DNA from: Candidatus Sericytochromatia bacterium
GTDB lineage: Bacteria > Cyanobacteriota > Sericytochromatia > S15B-MN24 > VGJW01
NCBI GenBank assembly: GCA_035285865.1
Contig: JAYKHS010000022.1
Coordinates: 1 to 64,000 of the forward strand
DNA length: 64,000 nucleotides
Direction of reading: 5' to 3'
The notes under the pieces were generated by a model. The model was not told the DNA's origin. It saw only the letters and a list, made by a program, of their open reading frames with translations, and searched no databases. The position numbers and the translations under genes were made by a program. Each line of letters begins with the position of its first letter. Position 1 is the stretch's first letter. Positions 48,353 to 58,677 of this stretch are shown here, one piece after another.

Positions 48353-49267
48353 TCACCAGTGGACGTTGCGGACGAGCCTGAACCGCTCGAAGACCCACAG
48401 CAACATTTTCGTCGCGTCGATCTCGTACCAGGCGAGTCCATGGCTGGCCCTGCGCGGATGGGCGTGGTGGTTGTTGTGCCACCCCTCGCCCAGCGACAGG
48501 ATCAGCAACGGTGCGTTGACGCTGTCGTCGGTGGTCTCGAAGCGGCGGTAGCCGAACCAGCTTTTGTGCGTCAGCGAGTTGATGGCATACGTGTGGTGCG
48601 ACATCACGATCCACGGCAGGTAGAGGGCGTGGAGCATGAGGGGCAGGCCGCCGACGGCATAGAGAGCCGCGGCCACGATGACGTGCGGAATCATGAAGAA
48701 GCCCGGCCGCTCGAGCCAGCGCAGGTAGGGGACGCGCCGACAGTCTTCGGCCAACGGTCGGATGGCATCGTCGAGGTCGGAGGGCTCGCGCAGGAACCAC
48801 TTCATGTGGGCGTGCAGCAGGCCATGTCGCGGGCTGTGCAGGTCGTTCTCGGTGTCGCTGGCCTTGTGGTGATGGCGGTGGTGGCTGACCCAGCCGACGG
48901 GATCACCGGACAGGCCGACCGCGCTGCCCATCGCGAACAGGAATCCCAGTGGCTCCTTCATCTCGAACCCGCGGTGCGTCAGGTAGCGGTGGAGGTAGAG
49001 CGTCACGGAGAAGCCCATCCAGAGGTACATGGCCAAGGCCACCCACGCGTCCCTGGCGGACCACGGCAGGGCGAGGCCCGCGAGTCCGAGGACGTGGGGC
49101 ACGATGATCCACGCCACGTAGATCGGGTTCAGCGGAGTCTTGCGTATCAACGCGGACGTGCTTTCCGCCGCACGGCCCTTGGCCAGGTTCGCCAGGGTGG
49201 GCAAGGACTCGGGTGGCAGTTGTTCCGCCAAGGGTGCGGGTCGTGGCCCGCGCATGACGATTCCCAT
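48353..49267 (-). CDS. delta-9 acyl-lipid/acyl-CoA desaturase (DesC/Ole1-like)
   Basis: His boxes HRYLTH, HRHHH and GEGWHNNHH. Confidence 0.93.
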   Translation of the reverse strand: MGIVMRGPRPAPLAEQLPPESLPTLANLAKGRAAESTSALIRKTPLNPIYVAWIIVPHVLGLAGLALPWSARDAWVALAMYLWMGFSVTLYLHRYLTHRGFEMKEPLGFLFAMGSAVGLSGDPVGWVSHHRHHHKASDTENDLHSPRHGLLHAHMKWFLREPSDLDDAIRPLAEDCRRVPYLRWLERPGFFMIPHVIVAAALYAVGGLPLMLHALYLPWIVMSHHTYAINSLTHKSWFGYRRFETTDDSVNAPLLILSLGEGWHNNHHAHPRRASHGLAWYEIDATKMLLWVFERFRLVRNVHW

Positions 49268-49444
49268 CGGACATCTTCCTCCTGAATCCCATGGTCGTGG
49301 GGGGGCGGCCTTATGTCGCTCATGGGCGTGTCACACACGTCATGGTTCGGTCATTTCCATTGCTGCGGGGCAAGCAAGTGCCGACCGTGCACGAGCGATA
49401 GAGAAATTGAGGCCCCCTTTTACTGATTTTTATGTGAGGTTCAC

Positions 49445-50056
49445 ATGGTCCGTCCCCTGCTGTCCGGCTTGCTGGTGGTCGCTGCGCTCTCCGGCTGCGG
49501 ACAGGCGACGCCCGGGGCGGTGCAGGGTGCGTCCGAGTCCATCACGTCACTGTCTCGTACGGGCCTGCAGCAGGCTAGCGTCCTGCTGGGCCAGGACATG
49601 TTGCGTCGCCTCGATGCCGATGGCGATGCCTGGGTCAGCCGGGATGAGTGGCTCAAGGCCGGCATGGACGACAACGAGTTCAAGAAGCTCGATCTGTCCC
49701 GTCAGGGACGCCTCGGCCTCAACGACCTGCTGCGCACCCAAGGATTCGTCGATTTCCGCCGCAAGGTCAACGACGTCGTAGCCAACCTGATGGGGCGCAT
49801 GGACACCGACAAGGATGCCGCCCTTTCCCGGATGGAGTTCCTGCAGGGCCTGCAGCAGGGGGCCATCGATCCGGCTCGGACGGGCCTCTCGATGACCTCG
49901 TTCAACCTGGCGGACAGGAACTACGACCAGAAACTGGTGGTGTCCGAGGTCGAGAACATGGTGGCGTTCAGTGTTGTGGAGGCGCAGTTGGCGGCGCAGG
50001 CACCGACGGTGCCTCCTTCGGCACCTGTCGCTTCAGCCAGCGCCAACCTCAGGTAG
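49445..50056 (+). CDS. EF-hand calcium-binding lipoprotein
   Basis: Lipobox LSGC; DADGDAWVSRDE, DTDKDAALSRME and DRNYDQKLVVSE loops. Confidence 0.88.
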   Translation: MVRPLLSGLLVVAALSGCGQATPGAVQGASESITSLSRTGLQQASVLLGQDMLRRLDADGDAWVSRDEWLKAGMDDNEFKKLDLSRQGRLGLNDLLRTQGFVDFRRKVNDVVANLMGRMDTDKDAALSRMEFLQGLQQGAIDPARTGLSMTSFNLADRNYDQKLVVSEVENMVAFSVVEAQLAAQAPTVPPSAPVASASANLR

Positions 50057-50071
50057 CGGATCGCCCTTGGC

Positions 50072-50662
50072 TCAGAGCCAGCGGAACGTTGCCAGGCGAA
50101 GCGTGCTGTGCACTTGGCCGGTGCCCTCTCCGGCGGGTACCAGGCGGTCGCTGGGACCTTCCTCTTCCGAGGCTCGATCGATCATCATCGTGCAGAAGGC
50201 CAGCAGTTCCTGGCCTTGTACGGCTCGCCGGGACGGATGCCACGAGGCCACGCCTACGGCCAGCGTTCGATCAAGAGCCAGCCGCTCACGGACGGCCAGC
50301 TCCTCTGCTGCATCGTGCCAGCGTTGCAGAATGCGCTGGACCGGGACCTGCACCAGATCGTCCGATGTTCCGGGGAAGACCACGTAGTAGACGTCCCCCA
50401 TGGGCATGAACGCGTCGGGCTCGCGGCCCGTCCGGGTCCGGTGCCTGACGCTGCGCTTGAGGATGCCTGCCATCCGGCCGTGGTGCAGGGCCAGTGCGCT
50501 TCGGGCCCGCACGGCGTCCGCTGCTTCACCCAGTCGGTCGAGGACACGGATGCCCACGAGCGTGACCCAGCCGTCCTCGCGGGCGCAGTCGACCAGCTCC
50601 CGGTCGATCGTGCCGAGCAACGGCGTGAAGTCGGGAGTCTGGGTACGCTTGGTCCTGGGCAT
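50072..50662 (-). CDS. degenerate GGDEF-like domain protein
   Basis: Overall GGDEF pattern (RE...R....TLV, LKRSVR..D, VVFPGT, LAVGVAS) but the active-site position reads MGDVY. Confidence 0.55.
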   Translation of the reverse strand: MPRTKRTQTPDFTPLLGTIDRELVDCAREDGWVTLVGIRVLDRLGEAADAVRARSALALHHGRMAGILKRSVRHRTRTGREPDAFMPMGDVYYVVFPGTSDDLVQVPVQRILQRWHDAAEELAVRERLALDRTLAVGVASWHPSRRAVQGQELLAFCTMMIDRASEEEGPSDRLVPAGEGTGQVHSTLRLATFRWL

Positions 50663-50719
50663 CGGCTACATCCTTCGTGAGCCCCTTATGCCCGCCGAGT
50701 GCCCGTGTTAGAACGGAAC

Positions 50720-52339
50720 GTGCGTAGCATCACCCTTGCAGGCCTCGCCGGCGCCCTGTTGTCGGCCGGTGGGGCGACAATTGCCAGCGCCGACACTCGG
50801 AACATCGGAGCCGCATGGTCTGCACCCCTGCGCGTTCGCCTGGCGCAGGAGCCTGACTTGCTGCTGCCGCATGCAACCGGGATGGCTGTGGCACGCGATG
50901 TCTCGATGCTCATCCACGCCGGTCTCTGGCGGCGGAATCCTGAAGGTGCCTGGGATGCCGACCTTGCTGCTTCACCCCCGAAACTGCGCGCGCACGGGGG
51001 ACATTGGGAGGCTTCGGTCGTGCTTGCCCGGGGGCGGCGGTGGCACGACGGGCAGCCGGTTCGTGCGGCCGATGTGGTCGCAACGTGGCGTTACCTGAAG
51101 GATGTCCGTCGTGCCCGGGTGCTGGATCGGGCCGTTCTGGACCACCTCGTGCGGGTCGAGGCTCGGGGCGAGGATCGGGTGACAGCTGTCTTCGATCGTG
51201 CTCTAGCCGCGTGGCCGGCTGCCTTCGAGGCGATTTATCCGGCCCATCTTCTCGTGCAGCCTGATCGCTGGCGCAGGGCCGAACGCGAGCCCGTCGGAGC
51301 CGGACCCTACCGACTGGCTGAGTGGCAGCCGGGTCTGCGGTTGTTGCTCCAGCCTGTGAAGCAGCGCGGGGCACGCCCCCTGCAACTCGAGATCGTGCCG
51401 GATGACGGGGCGGCTGTCGTCCGGATGATGGCCGGGGACCTCGACGTGATGCCGGCCGTGCCTGGTCCGATGCTCGAGCGTGTCGGGGCCCTGCCGGGCG
51501 TGCTGATCCGGCGAAAAGACACGATCTCGGTCGAGGCCATCGTCTTCGATCTTGGTCATCCGGTTCTGGGCGACCGTGCCGTCCGGGAAGCACTCACGCT
51601 CGCCGTCGATCGTCGCCTTCTGGCGCGTTCGGCTTGGGCGGGCCTGGCTCGGCCTGCCGAGACCGACCGGGCGATAGGCGCGGGCCTCGCGGCGAGGGTC
51701 TGGGCCGGACCGCCGGATCCGGTCGCGGCGAAGCACCTGCTGGATCGGTCCGGCTGGCGCCCCGGGCCGGACGGCGTGCGCGTGCGGCGAGGCCTTCGCT
51801 TGACCGTACCGCTGGTGATGCCGACCAGCAGGAGGCCTCGTGAGGCCATGGCTCTGGCCATCCGGGCCATGTGGACGCGGCTCGGGGTGGATGTTCGTCT
51901 GGAACCGATTCATCCGTCCCGGTTCTTCGCGGTCGGTGGCCCGCTTTCCCGTCCGGGATACGGCGCGGCCTTGTGGTCGTGGGAACAGGACCCCGACGGG
52001 GATGTCCGGAACATGTGGCGTTCGGATCGTCGGCCTCCTGTCGGGGGCAACGTTTCGGGGGTGGCCGATCCCGAACTCGACCGCTGGCTGGACGCCGCTG
52101 CGGCGGAGCTGAACGGGGCCGCGCGTCAAGCCACGCTTGACCGGATTTCGGCGCGCCTTCGTCGCCACGCAGTCCTGCTGCCCCTCGTCACGCCCGCACA
52201 GGCCTGGGGCTGTCCCGACAGTCTGACGGGCTGCGGGCCCCGACCATGGTCCGCGCTGGGCAATCCTTGGACGTGGTCCCCCGCCGAGGTTCAGAAGGAC
52301 TCGGGTGCCAGCGTGCCGCAGGCCTCCTGGATGCGCTGA
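50720..52339 (+). CDS. peptide/nickel ABC transporter substrate-binding protein (family 5)
   Basis: WHDGQPV.AADVVATW, PVGAGPYRL..W and D..VREAL.LAVDR. Confidence 0.9.
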   Translation: MRSITLAGLAGALLSAGGATIASADTRNIGAAWSAPLRVRLAQEPDLLLPHATGMAVARDVSMLIHAGLWRRNPEGAWDADLAASPPKLRAHGGHWEASVVLARGRRWHDGQPVRAADVVATWRYLKDVRRARVLDRAVLDHLVRVEARGEDRVTAVFDRALAAWPAAFEAIYPAHLLVQPDRWRRAEREPVGAGPYRLAEWQPGLRLLLQPVKQRGARPLQLEIVPDDGAAVVRMMAGDLDVMPAVPGPMLERVGALPGVLIRRKDTISVEAIVFDLGHPVLGDRAVREALTLAVDRRLLARSAWAGLARPAETDRAIGAGLAARVWAGPPDPVAAKHLLDRSGWRPGPDGVRVRRGLRLTVPLVMPTSRRPREAMALAIRAMWTRLGVDVRLEPIHPSRFFAVGGPLSRPGYGAALWSWEQDPDGDVRNMWRSDRRPPVGGNVSGVADPELDRWLDAAAAELNGAARQATLDRISARLRRHAVLLPLVTPAQAWGCPDSLTGCGPRPWSALGNPWTWSPAEVQKDSGASVPQASWMR

Positions 52340-53232
52340 AGGTTGGCCTGCAGGGCTGCGGCCTCCCGGGCGAACCGAGGATGGCGGCCGTGGTAGACGG
52401 GCTTCATCGGGTCCAGTTCGCGACACAAGTCCCTGACCTGAGTGATGTGGGGCTCGGAGAGCCGGGCTGTCGGCAACATGCACAGACCCTCGAAAAGAGG
52501 ACCAAGGGCTTCCAGTTCCCGAACGGCATCAGGGGCCTGCCGATTGGCCTCCCGCTGCTGGATGGCCTGCGTCAGGCGGCGGACCGTTATGCCGATCTCG
52601 ACGAGCCACGCCGGCTTCGCCTCATCTCGTGCCGCACCGCTGTCCAACATGTGCCGAGTCAGGATGAGGTCCTCCCAGTAGGTCAGTTTGAGCGGGTTCA
52701 GGCGCTCGATCTGACTCATCCAGTGGACGGCCCTGAGTTGCTGTTCGGCGGAGAGGCTGGCCGGATGGAAGGCGTCGATCATCCGGCGCTTCGCTGCAAG
52801 GCCCTGCATCCAGCGCAGGTCGTCCTGAGGACCGCGAGAATCTAGGGGATTGGCGATGGCCTTGTCGATGGCTTCCAGCAGGGCTTCGCGCACGGGTGCG
52901 GCGTTGAACTTGCGGGTCAGGAAACTGCGCGAGGGACGGCCGAGCAGGTCCTCCGGCATGGTCGTCAGTGTAGGCGCTTTGCCGCCGCCGGGTTGGGTGC
53001 CCATCGGCCGTGTCGCGCTGGGTCTTGCGGCACGGTCGCTTGTCGCCTTCTGTCCCCCACTCCGGGCCGTCCTCGCGTCGGCAGATGCCGTACCTGCTCC
53101 TCCGACACGGCGGAGGCTTTCCTTGGCAACGGGCTTGCGGCCGAAGATCCGTTGCCAGAAGGTCGGCTCCGGCTCGGGTTGCTTCTGGCCCTCGACCGGA
53201 TCGCGTTTCAGGGATGTCTTCTTCTTGGTCAT
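52291..53232 (-). CDS. hypothetical protein (disordered basic N-terminus, helical C-terminus)
   Basis: Long ORF with coding-like codon bias; no recognised motif. Confidence 0.65.
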   Translation of the reverse strand: MTKKKTSLKRDPVEGQKQPEPEPTFWQRIFGRKPVAKESLRRVGGAGTASADARTARSGGQKATSDRAARPSATRPMGTQPGGGKAPTLTTMPEDLLGRPSRSFLTRKFNAAPVREALLEAIDKAIANPLDSRGPQDDLRWMQGLAAKRRMIDAFHPASLSAEQQLRAVHWMSQIERLNPLKLTYWEDLILTRHMLDSGAARDEAKPAWLVEIGITVRRLTQAIQQREANRQAPDAVRELEALGPLFEGLCMLPTARLSEPHITQVRDLCRELDPMKPVYHGRHPRFAREAAALQANLQRIQEACGTLAPESF

Positions 53233-53333
53233 GCCGGTCTTCTGCTGAATGGGCGGCCTCAAACGGACACCCATGTGCATGCATGGTGCATGGGATTGGC
53301 AAGGTTCGGCACCTTGTGGTCCATTAAATGGTT

Positions 53334-54182
53334 ATGAAATCTCTTCGGTTGATGTGCCTTGGGGCGTCTCTGCTCTCGCTTGTCCTGGGTGCTTGCGGCG
53401 TGCCCCAAGGACCGATGGCACCGGCAGGCATCCCGGGCTTGCGCTCGGCTGGTGTCGCGGGTACCGAAGGCGCGTGGGGCTTCGCGCGCCCGAAGGATCT
53501 GGAGGCGCTGACCCGCACCATCGAGCGCCTTGAGAGCCGCTACCGGGGCAGCGAGGATGCCCGGGCGATCTTCGCCACCACCTACCTGCTGACGACACGC
53601 AACATCATCAAGGCCATGGATCGCGGGACCTTTGCGGATCGGGGCCGCATGGAGCGCATCACGCTGGCCTTCGGAGGACTCTGGCTGGATGCGCTCGAGG
53701 CTGAGGACGGTGGTCGACCGGGGGACGTGCCTCCGGCGTGGCGTCTCGCTTTCGATGCCGGTCGCCGGGACAAGGTATCCCCTGCGCGCGTGTTGATGCT
53801 GTCCATCAATGCGCACGTCATCCGCGACCTGCCCTTTGCCGTGGTGGCCGCAGCGCGCCCGGATGCGTCGCTGGAGCCCGACTTCAAGGCCCTGAACAAG
53901 GTGCTGGCCGACGAAGTGCCCGAGGTCAGGCGTACTTTGGTGGCCCGTTATCGGACGTGGCCCGAGGACGTGACGGATCGGCTCGACGATCGTCTGCCGG
54001 GCCTTGCGATGGGTGCCGCTCGGGCGCTCTCGTGGCGTCTGGCCGTGCAGCTTGCGGCCGACCCCGTCGCTGGCGCGCGCGTGGTCGAGGACCGTGCCGC
54101 GCAGTCCGGCAGGCTGGTGGACCAGCCTGCACTGCTCGATGCCATCTGGGCCTGGATGCGCTGGACGACGCGCGTGGGATGA
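53334..54182 (+). CDS. DUF5995-like lipoprotein
   Basis: Lipobox LGAC; FATTYL..T, PPAWRLAF and INAHVIRDLPFAV. Confidence 0.8.
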   Translation: MKSLRLMCLGASLLSLVLGACGVPQGPMAPAGIPGLRSAGVAGTEGAWGFARPKDLEALTRTIERLESRYRGSEDARAIFATTYLLTTRNIIKAMDRGTFADRGRMERITLAFGGLWLDALEAEDGGRPGDVPPAWRLAFDAGRRDKVSPARVLMLSINAHVIRDLPFAVVAAARPDASLEPDFKALNKVLADEVPEVRRTLVARYRTWPEDVTDRLDDRLPGLAMGAARALSWRLAVQLAADPVAGARVVEDRAAQSGRLVDQPALLDAIWAWMRWTTRVG

Positions 54183-54189
54183 TGGGCCC

Positions 54190-54597
54190 ATGCTCTACCT
54201 GCTGAAGTCCGATCCCGAGACCTACGCCTTCGGGGACCTCCTGCGTGATGTCGAGACGAACTGGGACGGCGTGCGCAACGTTCAGGCCTCGCGCGTGCTT
54301 GCGACCATCCGACCCGGTGATGGCTTGCTGATTTATCATTCGAACACGGACAAGGCCGTGGTGGGCTTGGCTCAGGCCATAGGCATGCCCGAGCCCGACC
54401 CGGGCGATCCCACCGGCAAGTTCGTCCAGGTGCGCATTCGCGTGCTGCGCCAACTCGAGCGCCCTGTCACGCTGGCAGACTTCAAGGCGGCCTGGCCTGA
54501 CTTCGCGCTGGTCCGGCAGTCCCGGCTCTCGTGCATGGCCGTGCCTGAGGCGATGACGCGTTGGCTGTCCGAGCGGGGCGTGGCCTTCCCGGACTGA
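54190..54597 (+). CDS. EVE domain protein
   Basis: YLLKSDPE.Y, WDGVRN.QA, IYHS and LVRQSRLS. Confidence 0.93.
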   Translation: MLYLLKSDPETYAFGDLLRDVETNWDGVRNVQASRVLATIRPGDGLLIYHSNTDKAVVGLAQAIGMPEPDPGDPTGKFVQVRIRVLRQLERPVTLADFKAAWPDFALVRQSRLSCMAVPEAMTRWLSERGVAFPD

Positions 54598-54604
54598 GGC
54601 GTCT

Positions 54605-56005
54605 TCAGGCGCTCCGGCCGTCAGCCGGAGCGACGTCCCCGGCAGGAAACGCACGGGGCAAGGCCTCGACCAGATGGCCGATCCCGTGCACCGCAAGGCC
54701 TTCAGGAATCGTGAGGCCCTCGAGGTTGCCCCTGGGCACCAGCGCTTCCGTGAAGCCGAGTTTCGCCGCCTCGTGGAGGCGTGCCTCGATTTGTCCGACG
54801 CGCCGAATCTCCGCTCCGAGGCCGATCTCGCCGATTGCGACCAGGGGATCGGGCAACGGGACGCCCCGGGTGGCACTGATGATGGCGAGCGCGAGCGCCA
54901 GATCTCCTGCCGGTTCGTCCATGTGCAGGCCACCGATCACATTGGCGTGCACGTCGGCATGGGCCATGTCGAGGCCAAGTCTTCGGTCCAGCACGGCGAG
55001 GATCTGGATGAGCCTGCCCGGATCGAGCCCGTTGGCTGCCCGGCGTGGGGAGCCGGATGGGGTGGGCGCCACCAGCGCCTGGACCTCGAGCAGCAACGGG
55101 CGCGTGCCTTCGAGCAAGACGCCCACGGCGCTGCCGCTGGCTCCCGGCGACCGTTCGGCAAGGAACAGGGCAGAAGGGTCGGCGACTTCGCTCAGGCCGG
55201 TGCCCGTCATCTCGAAGACGCCGACTTCCAAGGTCGAGCCAAAGCGGTTCTTGAGCGTACGAAGCAGGCGGTGCGCCCTGTAGCGGTCTCCTTCGAAGGA
55301 GAGCACCGTGTCCACGAGGTGCTCCAGCACGCGGGGGCCTGCCAGTGTGCCTTCCTTGGTGACGTGGCCGACGAGCACGACGGGCAGGCCGCTGCGCTTG
55401 GCAACTTGCTGGAATTGCAGGGCTGCTTCACGGACCTGGGCCACCGAACCCGGGACGGACGAGAGCTCGGGGTCCTGCATGGCCTGGACGGAGTCGACCA
55501 CCACGAAGTCGGGTCCGAGTACCTTGATGGCTTCGAGGACCGTGGGCATGTCCGACTCACAAAGGAGGTGCAAGTGCTCATCAAGGGCATCCAGTCGCTC
55601 GGCACGCAGGCGAATCTGGTGGGCCGACTCCTCGCCCGAGAGGTAAAGCACGGTGCGCTGCTGCCGCGCAAGGGCGGCGGCCATCTGCATCGTCAGGGTG
55701 CTCTTTCCGGCGCCGGGTTCCCCGCCCAGGAGCATCAAGGCCCCGGGGACGATGCCGCCACCGAGGACGCGGTCGACCTCGCCGAGGCCCGTGGCCAGTC
55801 GAACGTGACCCTCGGCCGGTACCTGCGTGATGGGCGTCGGCCGGGCTCCTGTGCCGAGACGGGCCGCAGGGCTACCGCCGGCGCTCGGCGCCTCACGCTC
55901 CTCAACGTAGCTGTTCCAAGCCCCGCAGGCCGGACAGCGGCCATACGCCCTCGGGCGGATATCTCCGCAAGCCTGGCAGGTGAAGTGAACCCTGGCCTTC
56001 GCCAA
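54605..56005 (-). CDS. radA: DNA repair protein RadA/Sms
   Basis: N-terminal C4 zinc finger, GEPGAGKST, KNRFG and Lon-like C-terminus. Confidence 0.98.
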   Translation of the reverse strand: MAKARVHFTCQACGDIRPRAYGRCPACGAWNSYVEEREAPSAGGSPAARLGTGARPTPITQVPAEGHVRLATGLGEVDRVLGGGIVPGALMLLGGEPGAGKSTLTMQMAAALARQQRTVLYLSGEESAHQIRLRAERLDALDEHLHLLCESDMPTVLEAIKVLGPDFVVVDSVQAMQDPELSSVPGSVAQVREAALQFQQVAKRSGLPVVLVGHVTKEGTLAGPRVLEHLVDTVLSFEGDRYRAHRLLRTLKNRFGSTLEVGVFEMTGTGLSEVADPSALFLAERSPGASGSAVGVLLEGTRPLLLEVQALVAPTPSGSPRRAANGLDPGRLIQILAVLDRRLGLDMAHADVHANVIGGLHMDEPAGDLALALAIISATRGVPLPDPLVAIGEIGLGAEIRRVGQIEARLHEAAKLGFTEALVPRGNLEGLTIPEGLAVHGIGHLVEALPRAFPAGDVAPADGRSA

Positions 56006-56014
56006 GGCAGCCGC

Positions 56015-56815
56015 CTAGCCCTGGCGCTGGACGATTTCGTTCGCTTCCTCGGCCAGCTGCCGCAGGCGCTCCGTGGGGATGGCGAACTTGTCCAGAATGT
56101 AGGGCCGCAGCGGGTAGAAGTTGCTCTTGAGACCGAGCTTCATCTGGATCCAGTTCACCAGGACGTTGCCCAAGTGCACGATCTCCGTCAGGGACACGTC
56201 CAGCGTGGCCTTCTCGGGCGTGTGATGGTGCTCGACGGCCTCGCGGATGTGAGGCGGCAGGCCCCAGTGCGTGCACATCTTGGCCCCGATGTAGCTGTGG
56301 TTGAACCCGAAGGCCTCGTCCTCGGCGGTGAACAAGGCTTTGGCCTTGGCCGAAGTCACGCGCAGGACGGCGTTGATCTCGTCGAAGGCGTACCGGTTGA
56401 GCACGGCCTTGCCGATGTCGTGGAACAGACCGGCCACGAAGGCGTCATGGGTGTTGCGGTAGCCGGACTCGCGGGCCAGAGCCTGGCAGCAGTACCCCAC
56501 GATCCGGCTGTGGCGCCAGAGGTTTCCCTGCATCAGTTCGAGCGTCTCGGAGTTCACCCGGTCGCCCTCGGTCGCCGTCATCAGCATCTCGACCGTCCGC
56601 AATCCGAGCGCCATCATCATGCTGTGCAGCGTGAACTCGCCGGACTGCTGGATCATCCGGGCCAGCACGGGGTCAGCGGCCGCTGCGGACTGAATCCGAT
56701 CGATGGCATCAGGCAGCAGGGTGCCGGACTCATCCCAGAGACTCGCCAGCGACGCGACGGCCGGGAGCTGGTCGACCTTGGAAAGCAGGAAACTGGCGAG
56801 TTCGGTATTGGCCAT
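56015..56815 (-). CDS. HDOD domain protein
   Basis: LPAV.., ADPVLA, LWRHS, AGLFHDIGK, FGFNHSYIG..WGLP and HH. Confidence 0.9.
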   Translation of the reverse strand: MANTELASFLLSKVDQLPAVASLASLWDESGTLLPDAIDRIQSAAAADPVLARMIQQSGEFTLHSMMMALGLRTVEMLMTATEGDRVNSETLELMQGNLWRHSRIVGYCCQALARESGYRNTHDAFVAGLFHDIGKAVLNRYAFDEINAVLRVTSAKAKALFTAEDEAFGFNHSYIGAKMCTHWGLPPHIREAVEHHHTPEKATLDVSLTEIVHLGNVLVNWIQMKLGLKSNFYPLRPYILDKFAIPTERLRQLAEEANEIVQRQG

Positions 56816-56908
56816 GGTGAGACGATGTTCCCTCGTAGGGTGCGGCTGCCGATGTCAGGTGCAAGGCAGGACATTCCCGGCAGGTTGCCGATACATTCTA
56901 TACCCCAA

Positions 56909-57781
56909 TCACCCTTTCACGGACCCGGCCGTCAGGCCCGAGACGATGAATCGCTGCAGCAGCAGCATGGTGACGACGACAGGCAGCGAGAGCAGCAACG
57001 ACAGTGCGGCGAACTCGGACCACGGGCGTGTGGTGCCGTACTGGCCGACCATGTTGTACAGCGCCATCGACAGGGTGAATGTCCGTGGGTCCTCGAGGAA
57101 GGTCCAGGCCATGACGATCTCGGTCCAGCCGGCCATGAAGCCGAAGAGCGTCGTGACGGCGAGGCCGGGTGCGGCCAGCGGCAGAACGACCTGCAGGAAC
57201 GTGCGCAAGGGGCCGCAGCCATCCATCACGGCCGCCTCCTCGAGCTCCTTGGGCACGGTGTCGAAAGTGCCCTTCAGGTTCCAGATCGCGAATGGCAAGG
57301 TGCCTGAGGCATAGGCCAGTGCCAGTCCGACGAGCGAGGTCCGCAGGTGCAGGGCCGAGAGCAGGACGAAGAGCGGTGCCATGCTGGCGACCGGGGGGAA
57401 GAGTTGCAGCACCATGAACCCGACGAGTCCGGCCCTGCGACCGGGGAAGTTGAAGCGGCTGAAAGCATAGGCGGCGCAGGCACCCAGCGCGATGCAGGCC
57501 ACGGCCGTGCCCCCGGCGAGCAACAGGCTGTTCAGGGCTAGATCGACGAAGCGGATGCCTTCGATTTCGGTCGGATGGGTCAGGACCTGGCGGAAGGCAT
57601 CAAGCGATGGCTGGGCAGGCCAGAGGCGCAAGGAAGTCGGGTGTGCCTCGCTGCCCTTGTCGAGGGCCATGGCAACCACCCAGACGACCGGGAACAGCGC
57701 GAACATGCTGGCGGCCGCCAGTCCGAGGTGAGCCCCCAGCAGACCAATCCATCCGGCGAGGCCGGTTTTGCGGGCATTCAT
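56909..57781 (-). CDS. sugar ABC transporter permease (MalG-like)
   Basis: AYAFSRFNFPGR, EAA motif (ELEEAAVMDG) and GLTAGSVKG. Confidence 0.93.
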   Translation of the reverse strand: MNARKTGLAGWIGLLGAHLGLAAASMFALFPVVWVVAMALDKGSEAHPTSLRLWPAQPSLDAFRQVLTHPTEIEGIRFVDLALNSLLLAGGTAVACIALGACAAYAFSRFNFPGRRAGLVGFMVLQLFPPVASMAPLFVLLSALHLRTSLVGLALAYASGTLPFAIWNLKGTFDTVPKELEEAAVMDGCGPLRTFLQVVLPLAAPGLAVTTLFGFMAGWTEIVMAWTFLEDPRTFTLSMALYNMVGQYGTTRPWSEFAALSLLLSLPVVVTMLLLQRFIVSGLTAGSVKG

Positions 57782-58677
57782 CGGTCTTCCACCGCCCGGG
57801 TCAGGCGCACCTGCAGCAACGTGAAGGCCAGCAGGATGACGAAGATGATCAGCGCGAAGGCCGAGGCCGTGCCGTACAGTCCGAGCGGATCCACGAACCT
57901 GTAGGCCTGTGTCACCAGGATCTCGGTCTGGCCGAGCGGTTCGCCCCTCCCCACGAAGTAGAGGACGTTGAACTGATTGAAGGTCCAGATGAAGCCCATC
58001 AGAACCGCCGGCACCAGCGTGGGCCGCAGTTGTGGCAGCGTCACGTGGCGGAATCGCTGCCATGCCGATGCGCCGTCAAGGGCGGCCGCCTCCTGGGTCT
58101 CGCGCGGAATGGCCTTGAGTCCGGCCGAGGTGACCATCATCATGAAGGGGAATCCCAGCCAGATGTTGGTCGTCAGCACCGCGGCGAAGGCCGTGCCGAA
58201 ATGCGCGAACCAGTCCGGGCCCGTGATGCCCCACGAGGCCAGCAGCAGATTCACGGCGCCGGACTGTGCGTCGAACATGTTGCGCCACGTCAGCGACGTC
58301 ACGTAGGTGGGCACTGCCCACGGCAGGATCAGTGCCGCCCGGTAGAGGCGACTGCCCCGCAGTCCGGGACGGTCCAGCAGCAGGGCGAGGGCTACGCCAA
58401 GCGTGACGTGGAAGGCCAGGTTGACGAAGGTCCACAGCAGGTTGAAGCCCAGGATGCGGGGAAACGATATGCCCAGGGCATCGCTGCCGCCCAGGATGGC
58501 CATGAAGTTGGCCAGACCCACGAAGTGGGGGTCCTGATGGCGCAGGTGGCGGACGGAAAAGTCCGTGAACGCCATGCCGATGCCGTAAAGAATCGGATAG
58601 AGGGTAACGGCCGCCATGACCAAGGCAGCCGGACCGATGAAGGCCGCGGCCAGCAGGGTGGAACGGGGAGACTTCAA
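57778..58677 (-). CDS. sugar ABC transporter permease (MalF-like)
   Basis: FVGLANF, LILPWAVP, WLGFPFMM and EAAALDGAS.WQRF. Confidence 0.93.
   Translation of the reverse strand: MKSPRSTLLAAAFIGPAALVMAAVTLYPILYGIGMAFTDFSVRHLRHQDPHFVGLANFMAILGGSDALGISFPRILGFNLLWTFVNLAFHVTLGVALALLLDRPGLRGSRLYRAALILPWAVPTYVTSLTWRNMFDAQSGAVNLLLASWGITGPDWFAHFGTAFAAVLTTNIWLGFPFMMMVTSAGLKAIPRETQEAAALDGASAWQRFRHVTLPQLRPTLVPAVLMGFIWTFNQFNVLYFVGRGEPLGQTEILVTQAYRFVDPLGLYGTASAFALIIFVILLAFTLLQVRLTRAVEDR

Noticed and set aside
49431..49446. ATGTGA-GGT-TCACAT palindrome resembling a CRP site
   Set aside because: Spacer is 3 nt rather than 6, and it overlaps the RBS and start codon
54190..54597. EVE domain as part of a modification-dependent defence system
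   Set aside because: Stand-alone EVE with no adjacent nuclease or toxin
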